Source: an uncultured Holophagaceae bacterium (GTDB taxonomy: Bacteria; Acidobacteriota; Holophagae; Holophagales; Holophagaceae). From it: a DNA stretch of 64,000 nucleotides. The DNA lies in NCBI GenBank assembly GCA_903868115.1, contig CAIPUA010000041.1, forward strand, positions 6,377 to 70,376, in the 5' to 3' direction. Made by a program: the position numbers and the translations under genes. How positions within the stretch are numbered: the stretch's first letter is position 1; every line of letters begins with the position of its first letter. This document shows, one piece after another, positions 1-9,197 of this stretch. The notes under the pieces are model-generated. The model was not told the origin of the DNA, made no database searches, and was given only the letters and a program-made list of their open reading frames with translations.

Positions 1-156
1 CTGGAAAATTACCTCACCGACGAGCAACTGCGTCAGGCCCGCACCAAGGGCGTCGAGCTGGGCAGCCTTTCCGAGCGAGCAGCCAGTCTCCCGAAAGGCT
101 CCCTGCTGTTTTCCGTGGAGGATGGGAAGAGCAGCGTGACTGTGACGGTGGAATAG
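1..156 (+). CDS. 3' end of an unidentified CDS entering from upstream (partial)
   Basis: Frame +1 is open from base 1 to TAG 154-156 (..LTDEQLRQARTKGVELGSLSERAASLPKGSLLFSVEDGKSSVTVTVE*). GC3-rich codons like neighbouring genes. No family recognised. Confidence 0.3.
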   Translation: MENYLTDEQLRQARTKGVELGSLSERAASLPKGSLLFSVEDGKSSVTVTVE

Positions 157-194
157 TTCGCGGCGGGTAAGCTGAGAGTTCCACGGGGCGCCGC

Positions 195-2024
195 ATGACG
201 AATCTCTACCGTTTTTTCCGGGAACACCTTCGCCCCAATCTGCCCATCATCGCAGTGGGTTCTGTGCTCATGCTCCTGGCCGGGCTCTGCCAGGGCGCCA
301 TGCTCTTCAGCCTTCGCTTCGTGTTCGAGAACCTGGGCGTGAAGAGCGCCGAAATGCTCGGCCATGCCAATGCCTCGGCTCCCATGGTCGGCAATCTGGA
401 CTTCGTCACGAGGGCCAAAGTGGGGCTGATGCACCTCCTGCCCAGTCAGTCCTTCCTGAGCCGCGATGCCTACTTCGTGCCTGCGCTTATTCTCGTCATC
501 TTCGTATTCAAAGGGGTCTTCACTTACAGTGGCACCATGCTGATGGTCCGCTCGGGACTGAAGGCCACCCTGGGGCTTCGGGCCCGCCTCTTCGGCCGGA
601 TCCTGGACCAGGAGCCCGCCTTTTTTCAGAAACACCCCGTGGGAGAGCTCCTCACGCGCTGCATCAGCGATGTGGGCGCCGTCCAGGGCATCGCCTCGAA
701 CCAGCTTGCCCTCGCCATGCAGGAGATCATGCTGGCGATCGGGCTGTTCCTCACTGCGATGTATATGTTTCCCAAGGTGACCCTGACCATCCTGGTCCTC
801 GTTCCCCTCGTCGTCTTCCCCATCAAGGCTCTCAGCCAGCGCATCCGCAAGATCAATCACCGCAACATGGAGGCCTCCAGCCGACTCCTCCAGCGCATGA
901 AGGAGGCTTTCAGCAATATCCGGGTGGTCATCGGCTTCGCTCGGGAGGACTACGAGGTTGGGCGTTTCCACGGAATGAACCAGGAACTGTACCGACTGGG
1001 GATGAAGAGTGCCCGAACCTCGGCCCTGTCCCATCCAATCATGGAAATCCTGGGCGGCTTCCTCATCGGCGGTCTGCTCGTATACGCTACCCTCGGCATC
1101 CAGGCGGGGCGGATCGACGGGGCGACCTTCTTCTCCTACCTCATTGTCGTCTTCAATTTCTACGATCCCATCCGGCGTCTCACCAAGCTGAACAATGAGG
1201 TGCAGGTGGCCCAGGCCAGCCTGGATCGGGTCTACTCCATGCTGGATCGCCAACCCGAACTGCTGCCTCCTGCCCAGCCCTCCCCGGTGCCGGCCCAACC
1301 CGAGTCGCTTCGTTTTGAAAGCGTCCACTTCGCCTACGATGGCAAGCACCAGGTGTTGCGCGGCATAGACCTTGAGGTGCGTCGGGGCGAAACCGTGGCG
1401 CTCGTGGGCGGCAGCGGCGGCGGAAAGACCACGCTGGTGAATCTCGTGCCGCGATTCTTCGATCCCACGGCGGGGCGTCTCACGCTGGACGGGATCGATC
1501 TGCGCGCCTTCGATCCCCGCGAACTGAGGCGCCAAATCGGCATCGTGAACCAGGAGACGCTGCTTTTCATGGATTCCATCCATGACAATATTGCCTACGG
1601 CAAGGAGGCCACCCGTGAAGCGGTGGTCGAAGCCGCTCGCAAGGCCCACGCTCACGACTTCATCATGGCCCTCTCCAAGGGTTACGATACGCCGCTGGCA
1701 GAGACGGGCTCAAGCGTGAGTGGCGGCCAGCGCCAGCGCCTTGCCATCGCCCGCGCCCTACTTCAGGACCCCCCGATTCTAATCCTGGATGAAGCCACGA
1801 GCGCCCTCGACACCGAAAGCGAACGCGCGGTCCAGGCGGCGCTGGAAACCCTCATGCAGGACCGCACCACGCTGGTCATCGCCCATCGCCTCTCCACCAT
1901 CCAGCGAGCCACGCGCATCTGCGTGCTCAAGCAGGGACGAGTCGCCGAGCAGGGCAGTCACGAGGAACTGCTGGCCCTGAGCGGCGAGTACGCGCGTCTC
2001 CATCGCCTGCAGTTTGCCGAATGA
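195..2024 (+). CDS. ABC transporter, fused permease/ATP-binding protein (MsbA/lipid-exporter type)
   Basis: 609-aa ORF with a hydrophobic N-terminal half. Walker A GGSGGGKTT, ABC signature VSGGQRQRLAIARA, Walker B ILILDEATSALD. Confidence 0.9.
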   Translation: MTNLYRFFREHLRPNLPIIAVGSVLMLLAGLCQGAMLFSLRFVFENLGVKSAEMLGHANASAPMVGNLDFVTRAKVGLMHLLPSQSFLSRDAYFVPALILVIFVFKGVFTYSGTMLMVRSGLKATLGLRARLFGRILDQEPAFFQKHPVGELLTRCISDVGAVQGIASNQLALAMQEIMLAIGLFLTAMYMFPKVTLTILVLVPLVVFPIKALSQRIRKINHRNMEASSRLLQRMKEAFSNIRVVIGFAREDYEVGRFHGMNQELYRLGMKSARTSALSHPIMEILGGFLIGGLLVYATLGIQAGRIDGATFFSYLIVVFNFYDPIRRLTKLNNEVQVAQASLDRVYSMLDRQPELLPPAQPSPVPAQPESLRFESVHFAYDGKHQVLRGIDLEVRRGETVALVGGSGGGKTTLVNLVPRFFDPTAGRLTLDGIDLRAFDPRELRRQIGIVNQETLLFMDSIHDNIAYGKEATREAVVEAARKAHAHDFIMALSKGYDTPLAETGSSVSGGQRQRLAIARALLQDPPILILDEATSALDTESERAVQAALETLMQDRTTLVIAHRLSTIQRATRICVLKQGRVAEQGSHEELLALSGEYARLHRLQFAE

Positions 2025-3103
2025 AGCGGACAGAATTTTCCTTTCCGCTGCCCGACGAACTCATTGCCCAGCACCCCGCTGCCGCGCGCGATGGCGCACG
2101 CCTACTGGTGGTGGACGCGGTAGCGCGCAGCTTGCGCCACGCTACGATCCGCGATCTGCCGGCGTTCATTCCTACCGAAACCCTCTGTGTACCGAACGAT
2201 GTGAAGGTCCGCCATGCGCGACTGCTGCTGCGAAGACCAGGCGGTGGAGCGGGCGAGGCCCTTTTGCTGCGGGCCTTCTCTGATGGTTCCTTCGAGGCGC
2301 TGGTGCGCCCCGGCGTGAAGCTAAAGCCCGGGAAGCGGGCTCATGTCATCGACCCCGGTAGCGGTGCTGTCCTTGCCGAACTGACTATCGAGGACACCCT
2401 GGAGGAAGGGCTCCGCAGGATTCGCATCCAGCGCGAAGCGCTGGATCTGGGCTGGGACGCGGTGGATACGATCGGTCGCCTGCCCCTGCCGCCCTACATC
2501 CACCACGCCCCGGAGGAGGAGGACGAAACCCGCTACCAGACGGCCTTCCATGCGGCCGCGGGCGAGGCGGTGGCGGCTCCCACGGCGGGACTGCACTTCA
2601 CACCGGAACTCATCGCGAGCCTCGAAGCCTCAGGCCGCCTCTGGCGCCCGGTGCGCCTGCATGTGGGCCTGGGCACCTTCCGGCCCATGACCGCCGAAAA
2701 CCTGGAAGACCATGTCATGCATGAAGAACGCTACGAGATTCCCGATTCCACCGCTGACGCGGTGAAAGAAGCGCTCTGCGAGCGCAGGCGTCCCGTGCTC
2801 TGTATCGGAACCACCAGCCTACGGGCGCTGGAAGCTGCCTGGGATGGGGAACATCTGGCCCGAAGCGGAGCCACGCGGATCTTCATCAAGCCAGGCTATT
2901 CGCTGCGCACCGCCGATCACCTGCTCACCAACTTCCATTTACCCGAGAGCACGCTCTTTGTTCTCGTCTGCGCCCTGCTGAGCCGCGACTTCGCCAAGGC
3001 AGTCTATGCCGAGGCCGTGCGTGAGCGCTATCGGTTCTTCTCCTACGGCGACGCCATGCTGATCCTGAATGCCCGGGAAGCTACGGGTCGAGACAACTGC
3101 TGA
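2021..3103 (+). CDS. queA: S-adenosylmethionine:tRNA ribosyltransferase-isomerase
   Basis: 360-aa ORF; start overlaps the upstream stop (ATGA). QueA-like blocks FSFPLPDELIAQHP, LPLPPYI, AGLHFT, GTTSLRALE, NFHLPESTL. Confidence 0.9.
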   Translation: MKRTEFSFPLPDELIAQHPAAARDGARLLVVDAVARSLRHATIRDLPAFIPTETLCVPNDVKVRHARLLLRRPGGGAGEALLLRAFSDGSFEALVRPGVKLKPGKRAHVIDPGSGAVLAELTIEDTLEEGLRRIRIQREALDLGWDAVDTIGRLPLPPYIHHAPEEEDETRYQTAFHAAAGEAVAAPTAGLHFTPELIASLEASGRLWRPVRLHVGLGTFRPMTAENLEDHVMHEERYEIPDSTADAVKEALCERRRPVLCIGTTSLRALEAAWDGEHLARSGATRIFIKPGYSLRTADHLLTNFHLPESTLFVLVCALLSRDFAKAVYAEAVRERYRFFSYGDAMLILNAREATGRDNC

Positions 3104-3184
3104 GCCATGGACCGCGATGAACGGCGATAAAAGACGGTGCTAGCAGCAATCCGGCGGGATTCTTCAGGAATTGGGATTTTCGTT

Positions 3185-3237
3185 CTCAGCGCGGCCGCCG
3201 CACCTCCCTATCGGGTTGCGGCCCCGGCCGCGCTGAG
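3185..3237. terminator. Long GC-rich hairpin between convergent queA and the TauE-family gene (putative bidirectional terminator)
   Basis: Perfect 13-bp arms CTCAGCGCGGCCG (3185-3197) / CGGCCGCGCTGAG (3225-3237) with an inner CCGCA/TGCGG stem. No clear U-tract. Confidence 0.45.
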
Positions 3238-3285
3238 ACCTCTGTGGTTACTATTTTCCCCCGGATGCAAACGCACGATCCGGAC

Positions 3286-4068
3286 TCAGCGCACTAGCAG
3301 GATGCCGGCGAGGATCACCATGACCACGACGAAAATCTTCTGAAGGCGCGCGCCCTCGATCCGGGTGGCCATCCGGGCGCCTCCTAAGGCGCCGAGTTGG
3401 AAGCCCAGGGCGAGACCCAGCAGCACGAGCCAGGGAAAGCTGGGCTGGGACCGAGCATAGACAAGCACCCCAGGAAGCCCCACCGGGAACAGCAAGACGG
3501 CGATGCTGGCGAGTTGTGCCTCGTGCTGGGGAAGCTTCAGCCAGATCACCATGAGCGGGATCATTACCACGCCGCCCCCGATGCCCAACAGCCCGCCGAA
3601 GACACCGCCCGTCAGCCCAATGGCGAGCCCCGGCACCCACGGCGGCGGGGCCAGGGGTTCGGCGTCGCGTTGAGGAACGCTCCGCTTTTGCAAAAAAGTG
3701 CGCAGGGCCAGGAGCAGGACGAAGCCAACGAACCCAAGGCGCAGCGGCCCGTCGGGAATCCGGTCGGCGATCTTCGCCCCCACCCATACACCCGGAAGGA
3801 AGGCCACGATCAGGGCCCCAACCAGGGGCCAGTGGAGGGGGATGCCCCGGCTCCGAAAGTGCAGCACTGCTGGCAGGCTGTTGGGCAGCAGCAGGGCCGC
3901 GAGGGTGACGCCCTGGGCCTGATGTTGGTTCAGCCCCAGCAGGAGGGCCAGCAGGGGGCTAAGGACGATCCCGCCGCCCACACCGAAGAGCCCGGAAAGC
4001 GCGCCCCCGCCCAGACCGGCCGCCATGCCCGCGAAGAACTGGAAGGTGGAAATGGTCGAGTAGGCCAT
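3286..4068 (-). CDS. TauE/SafE family sulfite/anion exporter-like membrane protein
   Basis: 260-aa polytopic Gly/Leu-rich ORF with repeated GxGGG(I/V)(V/L) motifs (GVGGGIVLSPLL, GIGGGVVMIPLM) typical of the TauE/SafE (DUF81) family. Confidence 0.8.
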   Translation of the reverse strand: MAYSTISTFQFFAGMAAGLGGGALSGLFGVGGGIVLSPLLALLLGLNQHQAQGVTLAALLLPNSLPAVLHFRSRGIPLHWPLVGALIVAFLPGVWVGAKIADRIPDGPLRLGFVGFVLLLALRTFLQKRSVPQRDAEPLAPPPWVPGLAIGLTGGVFGGLLGIGGGVVMIPLMVIWLKLPQHEAQLASIAVLLFPVGLPGVLVYARSQPSFPWLVLLGLALGFQLGALGGARMATRIEGARLQKIFVVVMVILAGILLVR

Positions 4069-4113
4069 GGCCGAAGTCTAGCCATGTTCCAATGGAGGGG
4101 ACTGGAATGACCG

Positions 4114-4902
4114 ATGCAGATCCATTTTTCCGATGACGTAATTCTCGACAGCCGCCGCGCCGTGATCCTGCCCAAGCAGGAAACGCTGGTCCTCTCTGAC
4201 CTCTTTCTGGGCCTGGGCGCCGAGCGCCGCAAACGGCCCGATCTCATTCCCGCTGGGCAGCACAACGATCTCTGGGAGCGCCTCTTTGGCCTTCTGGCCG
4301 ACTATAAACCCCGTCGCATCGCCCTGCTGGGGGATGTGAAGCCCGCCCAGGGAAGCGTGGAGGGTGAGGAGGCCGAAGAACTCCGGACCCTGTTTCGCAA
4401 GCTCCAGGGTCCCGGGCGCGAAGTGGTCCAGATCGTGGGCCATCCCGAGCGCAGTTGGGGACCGGCCCTCGAAGGCACCGGGGTTCAGCCCGTGGACACC
4501 TACCGGGTGGGCAACCATACCCTGATGCACCGTCGGCGCATCTTCGTCTACCCTCGCCATGATCCGCCCCAGGGCTTCTGGATCAATGGTGGTCTGCATC
4601 CCCTGTTCGCCGTGCCCGTGCCCGGCCCCGATGGCAAGGAAGAGTTCCTGCGCTATCCGGCCTTTCTCTACACCGGCTTCGCCCTGGTGATGCCGCCCTT
4701 CGTGAGCTATGCCCAAGGCTGGGAGGTCATGCAACCCGAGCGCCTCCCGCGCCAAGCCCGGGCCTGGAAGGTGCTCGGCGATCATCAGATCGGCGCACTC
4801 GAACTGCCCGCCCTGCCGCCCGCGCCGGAGGCCCTGCGCACCCTGGCCCGCCCGGCAGCGCGGCGCAGACGCGATCCCAAGGCAGGGAATGCCGGGGAGT
4901 AG
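4114..4902 (+). CDS. PdeM-like (ligase-associated DNA-damage-response) metallophosphoesterase-fold protein, metal ligands apparently degenerate
   Basis: 262-aa ORF whose layout matches PdeM as I recall it: TLVLSDLFLGLG, IPAG, RIALLGDVKP, IVGHPERS, LMHRR, INGGLHP, YPAF..PPFVSY. The His positions of DxH, GDxxH and GHxH read F, P and G. Confidence 0.55.
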   Translation: MQIHFSDDVILDSRRAVILPKQETLVLSDLFLGLGAERRKRPDLIPAGQHNDLWERLFGLLADYKPRRIALLGDVKPAQGSVEGEEAEELRTLFRKLQGPGREVVQIVGHPERSWGPALEGTGVQPVDTYRVGNHTLMHRRRIFVYPRHDPPQGFWINGGLHPLFAVPVPGPDGKEEFLRYPAFLYTGFALVMPPFVSYAQGWEVMQPERLPRQARAWKVLGDHQIGALELPALPPAPEALRTLARPAARRRRDPKAGNAGE

Positions 4903-4906
4903 GGCG

Positions 4907-5422
4907 CTACTTCTTGCGCGCCTTCTTCACCTTTCCGCCTTCCTTCGGCAGCGGCGCGCCGCCGTTGAGGCTACCACCGTCCCTGAACTGCAATTCCCAA
5001 CCGATACGCTCGCCGACCCGGAGCTTTAAGCGCCGCACGGTGCCGGCCGCGAATTCCAGAAAATGGCGGGAGAGCACCTTGCCGCCATAGCTCGGGGCCT
5101 CCGCCTGGGAACCCCGGAACATCATGGAAAGCGGTGGCGCGTTCTCCTTGATCTCCACCACCGTGCCATCCGCCATCACCCACACCACATCGAGGGCGAT
5201 AAGGCAGTTCCCCATCCAGATCGAATGGTAGCCGTCCTCGTCGTAGACGAAGAACATGCAGCGGTCCTTGGCGAGATTGGTGCGATACATCAGGCCCTTC
5301 GCCTTTTCCGGGTCCGTCCGCGCGATTTCCGCGAGGAAGCGCTGCCCCTTGATGCCCACGGTACCTCCGTCCGTTTGGTTGGGGGCAAAGGCGAGAAGCA
5401 GGCTCAGAAGGAAGGCGTGCAT
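4907..5422 (-). CDS. DUF192 domain protein (secreted)
   Basis: 171-aa ORF with an N-terminal signal-like segment. DUF192 core AEIARTDPEKAKGLMYR..CMFFVY..HSIWMGNCLIALDVVWV..DGTVVEI. Confidence 0.7.
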   Translation of the reverse strand: MHAFLLSLLLAFAPNQTDGGTVGIKGQRFLAEIARTDPEKAKGLMYRTNLAKDRCMFFVYDEDGYHSIWMGNCLIALDVVWVMADGTVVEIKENAPPLSMMFRGSQAEAPSYGGKVLSRHFLEFAAGTVRRLKLRVGERIGWELQFRDGGSLNGGAPLPKEGGKVKKARKK

Positions 5423-5535
5423 GGCATCTCCGGAGGATGATCAATCTTACAGAAGCAACGCTTTGTTGTTTGAAGATACCTCAAATGGTGGGGTAATCTG
5501 TGCGAACCACTCTAATCTCCGCCTGGGACGGGTTC

Positions 5536-7992
5536 ATGCTGCTTCGCACGCTTTCCATCATCTTCGGGCTGTCGCTGTGCCTTGGGGCGCAGGAGCCCGA
5601 AAAATCCCTCCAGGCCGTGCGGGTGACCACGCCCATCCGCATGGATGGCCGACTCTCCGAGGCCGCATGGGACCGGGCCCCAGTGGCCACTGGCTTCACG
5701 GTTGTGTGGCCCGATTTCGGCAAGGCCGCCGGTTTGCCGACTGAGGTGAAAACCCTCTACGACGATCACTTCATCTATGTCGGCGCCCGCATGCAGCACC
5801 CCAAGGGGCACGCCAAGGTCATCCAACGCCTGCACCGACGGGACCAGGACAGCATGAGCGACTGGTTCACCGTCTATCTCGACAGCCTGCGGGACCGGCG
5901 CACAGCCTGGGGCTTCGCGGTGAACGCGGCCGGCGTGCAGCGCGATACGCTCCATGCGGCCGAGGACGCTGAGGAGGCCATGGCGGGCGATGCCAGTTGG
6001 GATGGGGTGTGGGAGAGTTCAGTCTCCGTGGATTCCGATGGCTGGACGGCCAAGCTGAAGATTCCCCTTTCGTTGCTGCGCATCCGGCCCGAGCCAGGGG
6101 CTCAGGCCTGGGGCATCAACTTCAGCCGTTCGGACCAGGGAAGGGTGCGGGAGCGAAGCTTTTGGGAACTGCCGCCCCGGGGGGAGAATGCCTTCGTGGG
6201 CCGCTTCCCGGCCTTGACGGGCATCGAGGGCATACGGCCCCAGCCTCGACGGGAATGGATACCCTATTTCAGTTTGCAGCGGAAGTTTGAGACGGCCCAG
6301 GGCTTCGATGACCGAAAGTGGACCGGCCGAGCGGGTCTGGACGCGCACCTGGGCCTCAGCACCAACAGCCAGTTGGATCTCTCCATCCGGCCCGATTTCG
6401 GCCAGGTGGAGGTGGATCAGGCTGTGCTGAACCTGGGCACCTTCGAGACCTACTTCCCCGAAAAGCGGCCCTTCTTCCTGGAGGGCATGGAGATCTTCCG
6501 CGTTGCGGGCAACGGCCTTTTCTACAGCCGCCGCATCGGCGCCGGGCTGGGTGATCCGGCCCTCGACGCGGGCGAGACCCTGGTGGACCGGCCTCAGGCC
6601 GCCGAGATCAACGGCGCCGCCAAGTACACCATCAAGCTCGGATCGGGCCTGAACCTCGGCCTTCTGGGGGCCAGTGTGCAGCAGACCAAGGCCACCCTCC
6701 GCGAGGCCTCCGGGCGCGACGTCAAGCGCGAACTCTACCCGCTGACCCAATACGGCGTGTTGCGGCTGCAGCAGGCCATCGGCGAGAGTGGCAGCTACCT
6801 CGGCGGCTTCGGCTCCTTCATGCGTCAGGCCGACCTGAATGGACGCGAGGCCCTGACCCAAGCCCTGGACGGCGTCTACCGGAGCCCGGACAAGAGCACC
6901 ATCACGGAATTCACCCTGGCCCGGAGCCAGGCCGGTCTTCGCTCCGACCCTCGGCCCGTTGAGGGTTTCCGGGGGCGCCTGCAGGTGAACCGCCAGTGGG
7001 GGTCGGGCTGGTCTGCCGGCCTGCAGGCCGTGAACGCCTCCAGTAGTTTCGACCCCAACGACATGGGCTACCTGAGCCGGGCCGATGAACAACGACTGGA
7101 TCTCACGCTGGAGCGCCGGTGGGACCGCACCCTCGGGGTGATCCGGAACCTCGAAGTGGAGGCCTGGGCCAGCGTGGCTCGCGACCAGGCCGGGCGGGTC
7201 TTCCAGCGGGACGCCGGGCTGACTGCCCGCACCGATTTCACGAACTTCATCGCCCTGTGGGGCCGCCTGGGAGCCTCCTTCTCGGCCGAGGACGACCGCG
7301 AAATGAGGAGCTACGAACGGGGCGAGCCCAGGAAGAAGTATCTCCGCACCTCCAGGATTCCATCGGCAGTCCTGGGGTTCGACACACCGGGCAACCGCCC
7401 CTGGTACTTTCGCGCCGAGGTCGCACGCGCCTGGCACGAGGGCGGTCCCAGCACCGACCTGAGCGTGTTCCAGTCCATCAAACTGAACTCCGCCATTGAA
7501 ATCCAGTTGAACACGGGGCTCGTGAGGGATGAAGGTGAGCGCAAATTTCTGAGCCCTCCGGACGCCACGCCCTCTGTCATCCCCCCTTTGGCAGGTTTGC
7601 GCGCCATGGGCGAATTCAACCAGACCCTGCGTGTTTCCTACGCCCTCAGCCCTTCCTTTTCAATCCAGTTCTTCAGCCAATGGCTCGAAGCCAACTGGGC
7701 CTTTCGGGATGTGAAGCACTATGTGGATGACACCACGCTCGCACCGGGTCTGCCCGCAGGGCTTGCCGCGGTCGAAACGGCCCGCAGCGAGCGCGTCTGG
7801 AATGTGAATCTCATCACCCGTTGGGAGTTCCGCCCGGGCAGCGCATTCTTCCTGGTCTACACCCACGGGGTCGGCACGGACGCGCTGATAAACGACCGGA
7901 CCAGCCTCAGTCCTCGGCCTGATTTCGCGGTTTTGCACCATCTGCCCAGCGACGACGCCGTCCAGATGAAACTCAGCTGGCTGTTCCGCTGA
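5536..7992 (+). CDS. Carbohydrate-binding family 9 / DUF5916 domain protein (secreted, probably outer-membrane associated)
   Basis: Signal peptide MLLRTLSIIFGLSLCLGAQE at ATG 5536 (the ORF extends to GTG 5500). N-terminal IRMDGRLSEAAWDRAP..TEVKTLYDDHFIYVGARM block typical of CBM9/DUF5916. Beta-rich C-terminal ~600 aa ending ..KLSWLFR. Confidence 0.7.
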   Translation: MLLRTLSIIFGLSLCLGAQEPEKSLQAVRVTTPIRMDGRLSEAAWDRAPVATGFTVVWPDFGKAAGLPTEVKTLYDDHFIYVGARMQHPKGHAKVIQRLHRRDQDSMSDWFTVYLDSLRDRRTAWGFAVNAAGVQRDTLHAAEDAEEAMAGDASWDGVWESSVSVDSDGWTAKLKIPLSLLRIRPEPGAQAWGINFSRSDQGRVRERSFWELPPRGENAFVGRFPALTGIEGIRPQPRREWIPYFSLQRKFETAQGFDDRKWTGRAGLDAHLGLSTNSQLDLSIRPDFGQVEVDQAVLNLGTFETYFPEKRPFFLEGMEIFRVAGNGLFYSRRIGAGLGDPALDAGETLVDRPQAAEINGAAKYTIKLGSGLNLGLLGASVQQTKATLREASGRDVKRELYPLTQYGVLRLQQAIGESGSYLGGFGSFMRQADLNGREALTQALDGVYRSPDKSTITEFTLARSQAGLRSDPRPVEGFRGRLQVNRQWGSGWSAGLQAVNASSSFDPNDMGYLSRADEQRLDLTLERRWDRTLGVIRNLEVEAWASVARDQAGRVFQRDAGLTARTDFTNFIALWGRLGASFSAEDDREMRSYERGEPRKKYLRTSRIPSAVLGFDTPGNRPWYFRAEVARAWHEGGPSTDLSVFQSIKLNSAIEIQLNTGLVRDEGERKFLSPPDATPSVIPPLAGLRAMGEFNQTLRVSYALSPSFSIQFFSQWLEANWAFRDVKHYVDDTTLAPGLPAGLAAVETARSERVWNVNLITRWEFRPGSAFFLVYTHGVGTDALINDRTSLSPRPDFAVLHHLPSDDAVQMKLSWLFR

Positions 7993-9190
7993 GCCACTCC
8001 GCGATGCGTGGGATATCGGCCTCCTCGTGCCAACCGTGGAGGGCGATGCGCAGATAGCCTTCGCGAACGGAGGCATAGATTCCGCGGTTCCTGCCCCGCA
8101 CCAATAGTTCCTGCAGGGCCTCGGGGCCGAGCCCACTGTGGTGAAGGCTGAGAATGGAACCCAGGCGATCGCGCTCCAGCAGGTCTCTCAGCCGATAGGC
8201 TTCCTCGCGCCAGGCGGGAATGGACTTGAGGGCTCCCAGCAGATGGTCCTGAAGCTCATGGATGTGCGCCGCGATAGCCTGGACTCCGGGGCCCCGGAGG
8301 ACCTCAAGGGATTCCAGCAGTCCTGCGCAGGCCATGAGATTCGGCACCCCGGGTTCCAGGCGCCGTCCATCCTCCAACCAAGGCCGATCATGATCGGTGG
8401 CAGCCCGCGTGAATTCGCTGCCTCCTTCGACCGAGAGCCAGGTGCCCGAGGGTGTGAGGAGCTGCCGAAAATTCCCCCGGGTCCACAAGCAACCCAGTCC
8501 CTGCGGGGCCAGCAACCCCTTGTGGCCCCCCGTGGCAAAGGCGCTCACATGCTGTAGATCCGGAATTGCCGTACCCGCACCCTGGATGCCATCCACCACG
8601 AGGTGCACCCCGCGATCCGCGCATGCGCCGCCAAGCCTCGCGAGATCGAGCTTGAGGCCGTCCTGGAAGCGCACCCAGGAGAGGGCCACCATGCGCGTCC
8701 TGAGGCTCAAGGCTTTCAAAATGTGGTCCTCGAAGTCTCCGTTCGAGGGCGGGGGCGAGCTCTCCCAGGCCCGGGCACCCGCCCGATGGCCCTCCCAAAG
8801 GGCGACCTCGCGGAAGGAGACCCGTCGGGATTCCAGGGCTTTCCATGGATACACATTGCTCGGGAATTCTCCCAGGGGCGCCAGCACTTCGTCCCCGGCG
8901 CGCCAGGAATAGCCCTGGGCGATGGTCGTGAGGCCCGAGGAGGTGGTGGGCGTCAGGGTGACATCGTCCGCGTTGCATTGCAGCACGGCGCCCGCCGCCT
9001 TGCGGACCGCTTCCGGGATGCCGAGCGCATCCTGTTGCCATTGCACCTCCCAGGGCCATTCCTCCTTGTGGAGCCAGTCCCGCACACCCTTGACCACGGC
9101 TCGGGGCACAGGTCCCTCAGAGCAATGCATCACCCAGAGATGGAACGGGTCGAGGTGGAAGAGGCCCGGATTGAGAGGTGGCGTGCTCAT
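7973..9190 (-). CDS. Class V aminotransferase-fold PLP-dependent enzyme (cysteine desulfurase/IscS-like family member)
   Basis: 405-aa ORF. PLP-lysine block ATGGHKGLLAPQGLGCLW; HLVVDGIQGAG. Its 3' end overlaps the convergent upstream gene by 20 nt. Confidence 0.8.
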   Translation of the reverse strand: MSTPPLNPGLFHLDPFHLWVMHCSEGPVPRAVVKGVRDWLHKEEWPWEVQWQQDALGIPEAVRKAAGAVLQCNADDVTLTPTTSSGLTTIAQGYSWRAGDEVLAPLGEFPSNVYPWKALESRRVSFREVALWEGHRAGARAWESSPPPSNGDFEDHILKALSLRTRMVALSWVRFQDGLKLDLARLGGACADRGVHLVVDGIQGAGTAIPDLQHVSAFATGGHKGLLAPQGLGCLWTRGNFRQLLTPSGTWLSVEGGSEFTRAATDHDRPWLEDGRRLEPGVPNLMACAGLLESLEVLRGPGVQAIAAHIHELQDHLLGALKSIPAWREEAYRLRDLLERDRLGSILSLHHSGLGPEALQELLVRGRNRGIYASVREGYLRIALHGWHEEADIPRIAEWLSGTAS

Positions 9191-9197
9191 GGGAACC

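Noticed and set aside
33-1655. 540-aa ORF antisense to the ABC transporter gene
   Set aside because: A shadow ORF. The plus-strand product has complete Walker A/B and ABC signature motifs.
3137-3343. 68-aa ORF in the queA/TauE intergenic region
   Set aside because: It runs through the long terminator-like hairpin and into the 3' end of the TauE-family gene, with no SD and no homology.
6019-7437. 472-aa ORF antisense to the CBM9/DUF5916 gene
   Set aside because: A shadow ORF in a GC3-biased gene, with no motifs.
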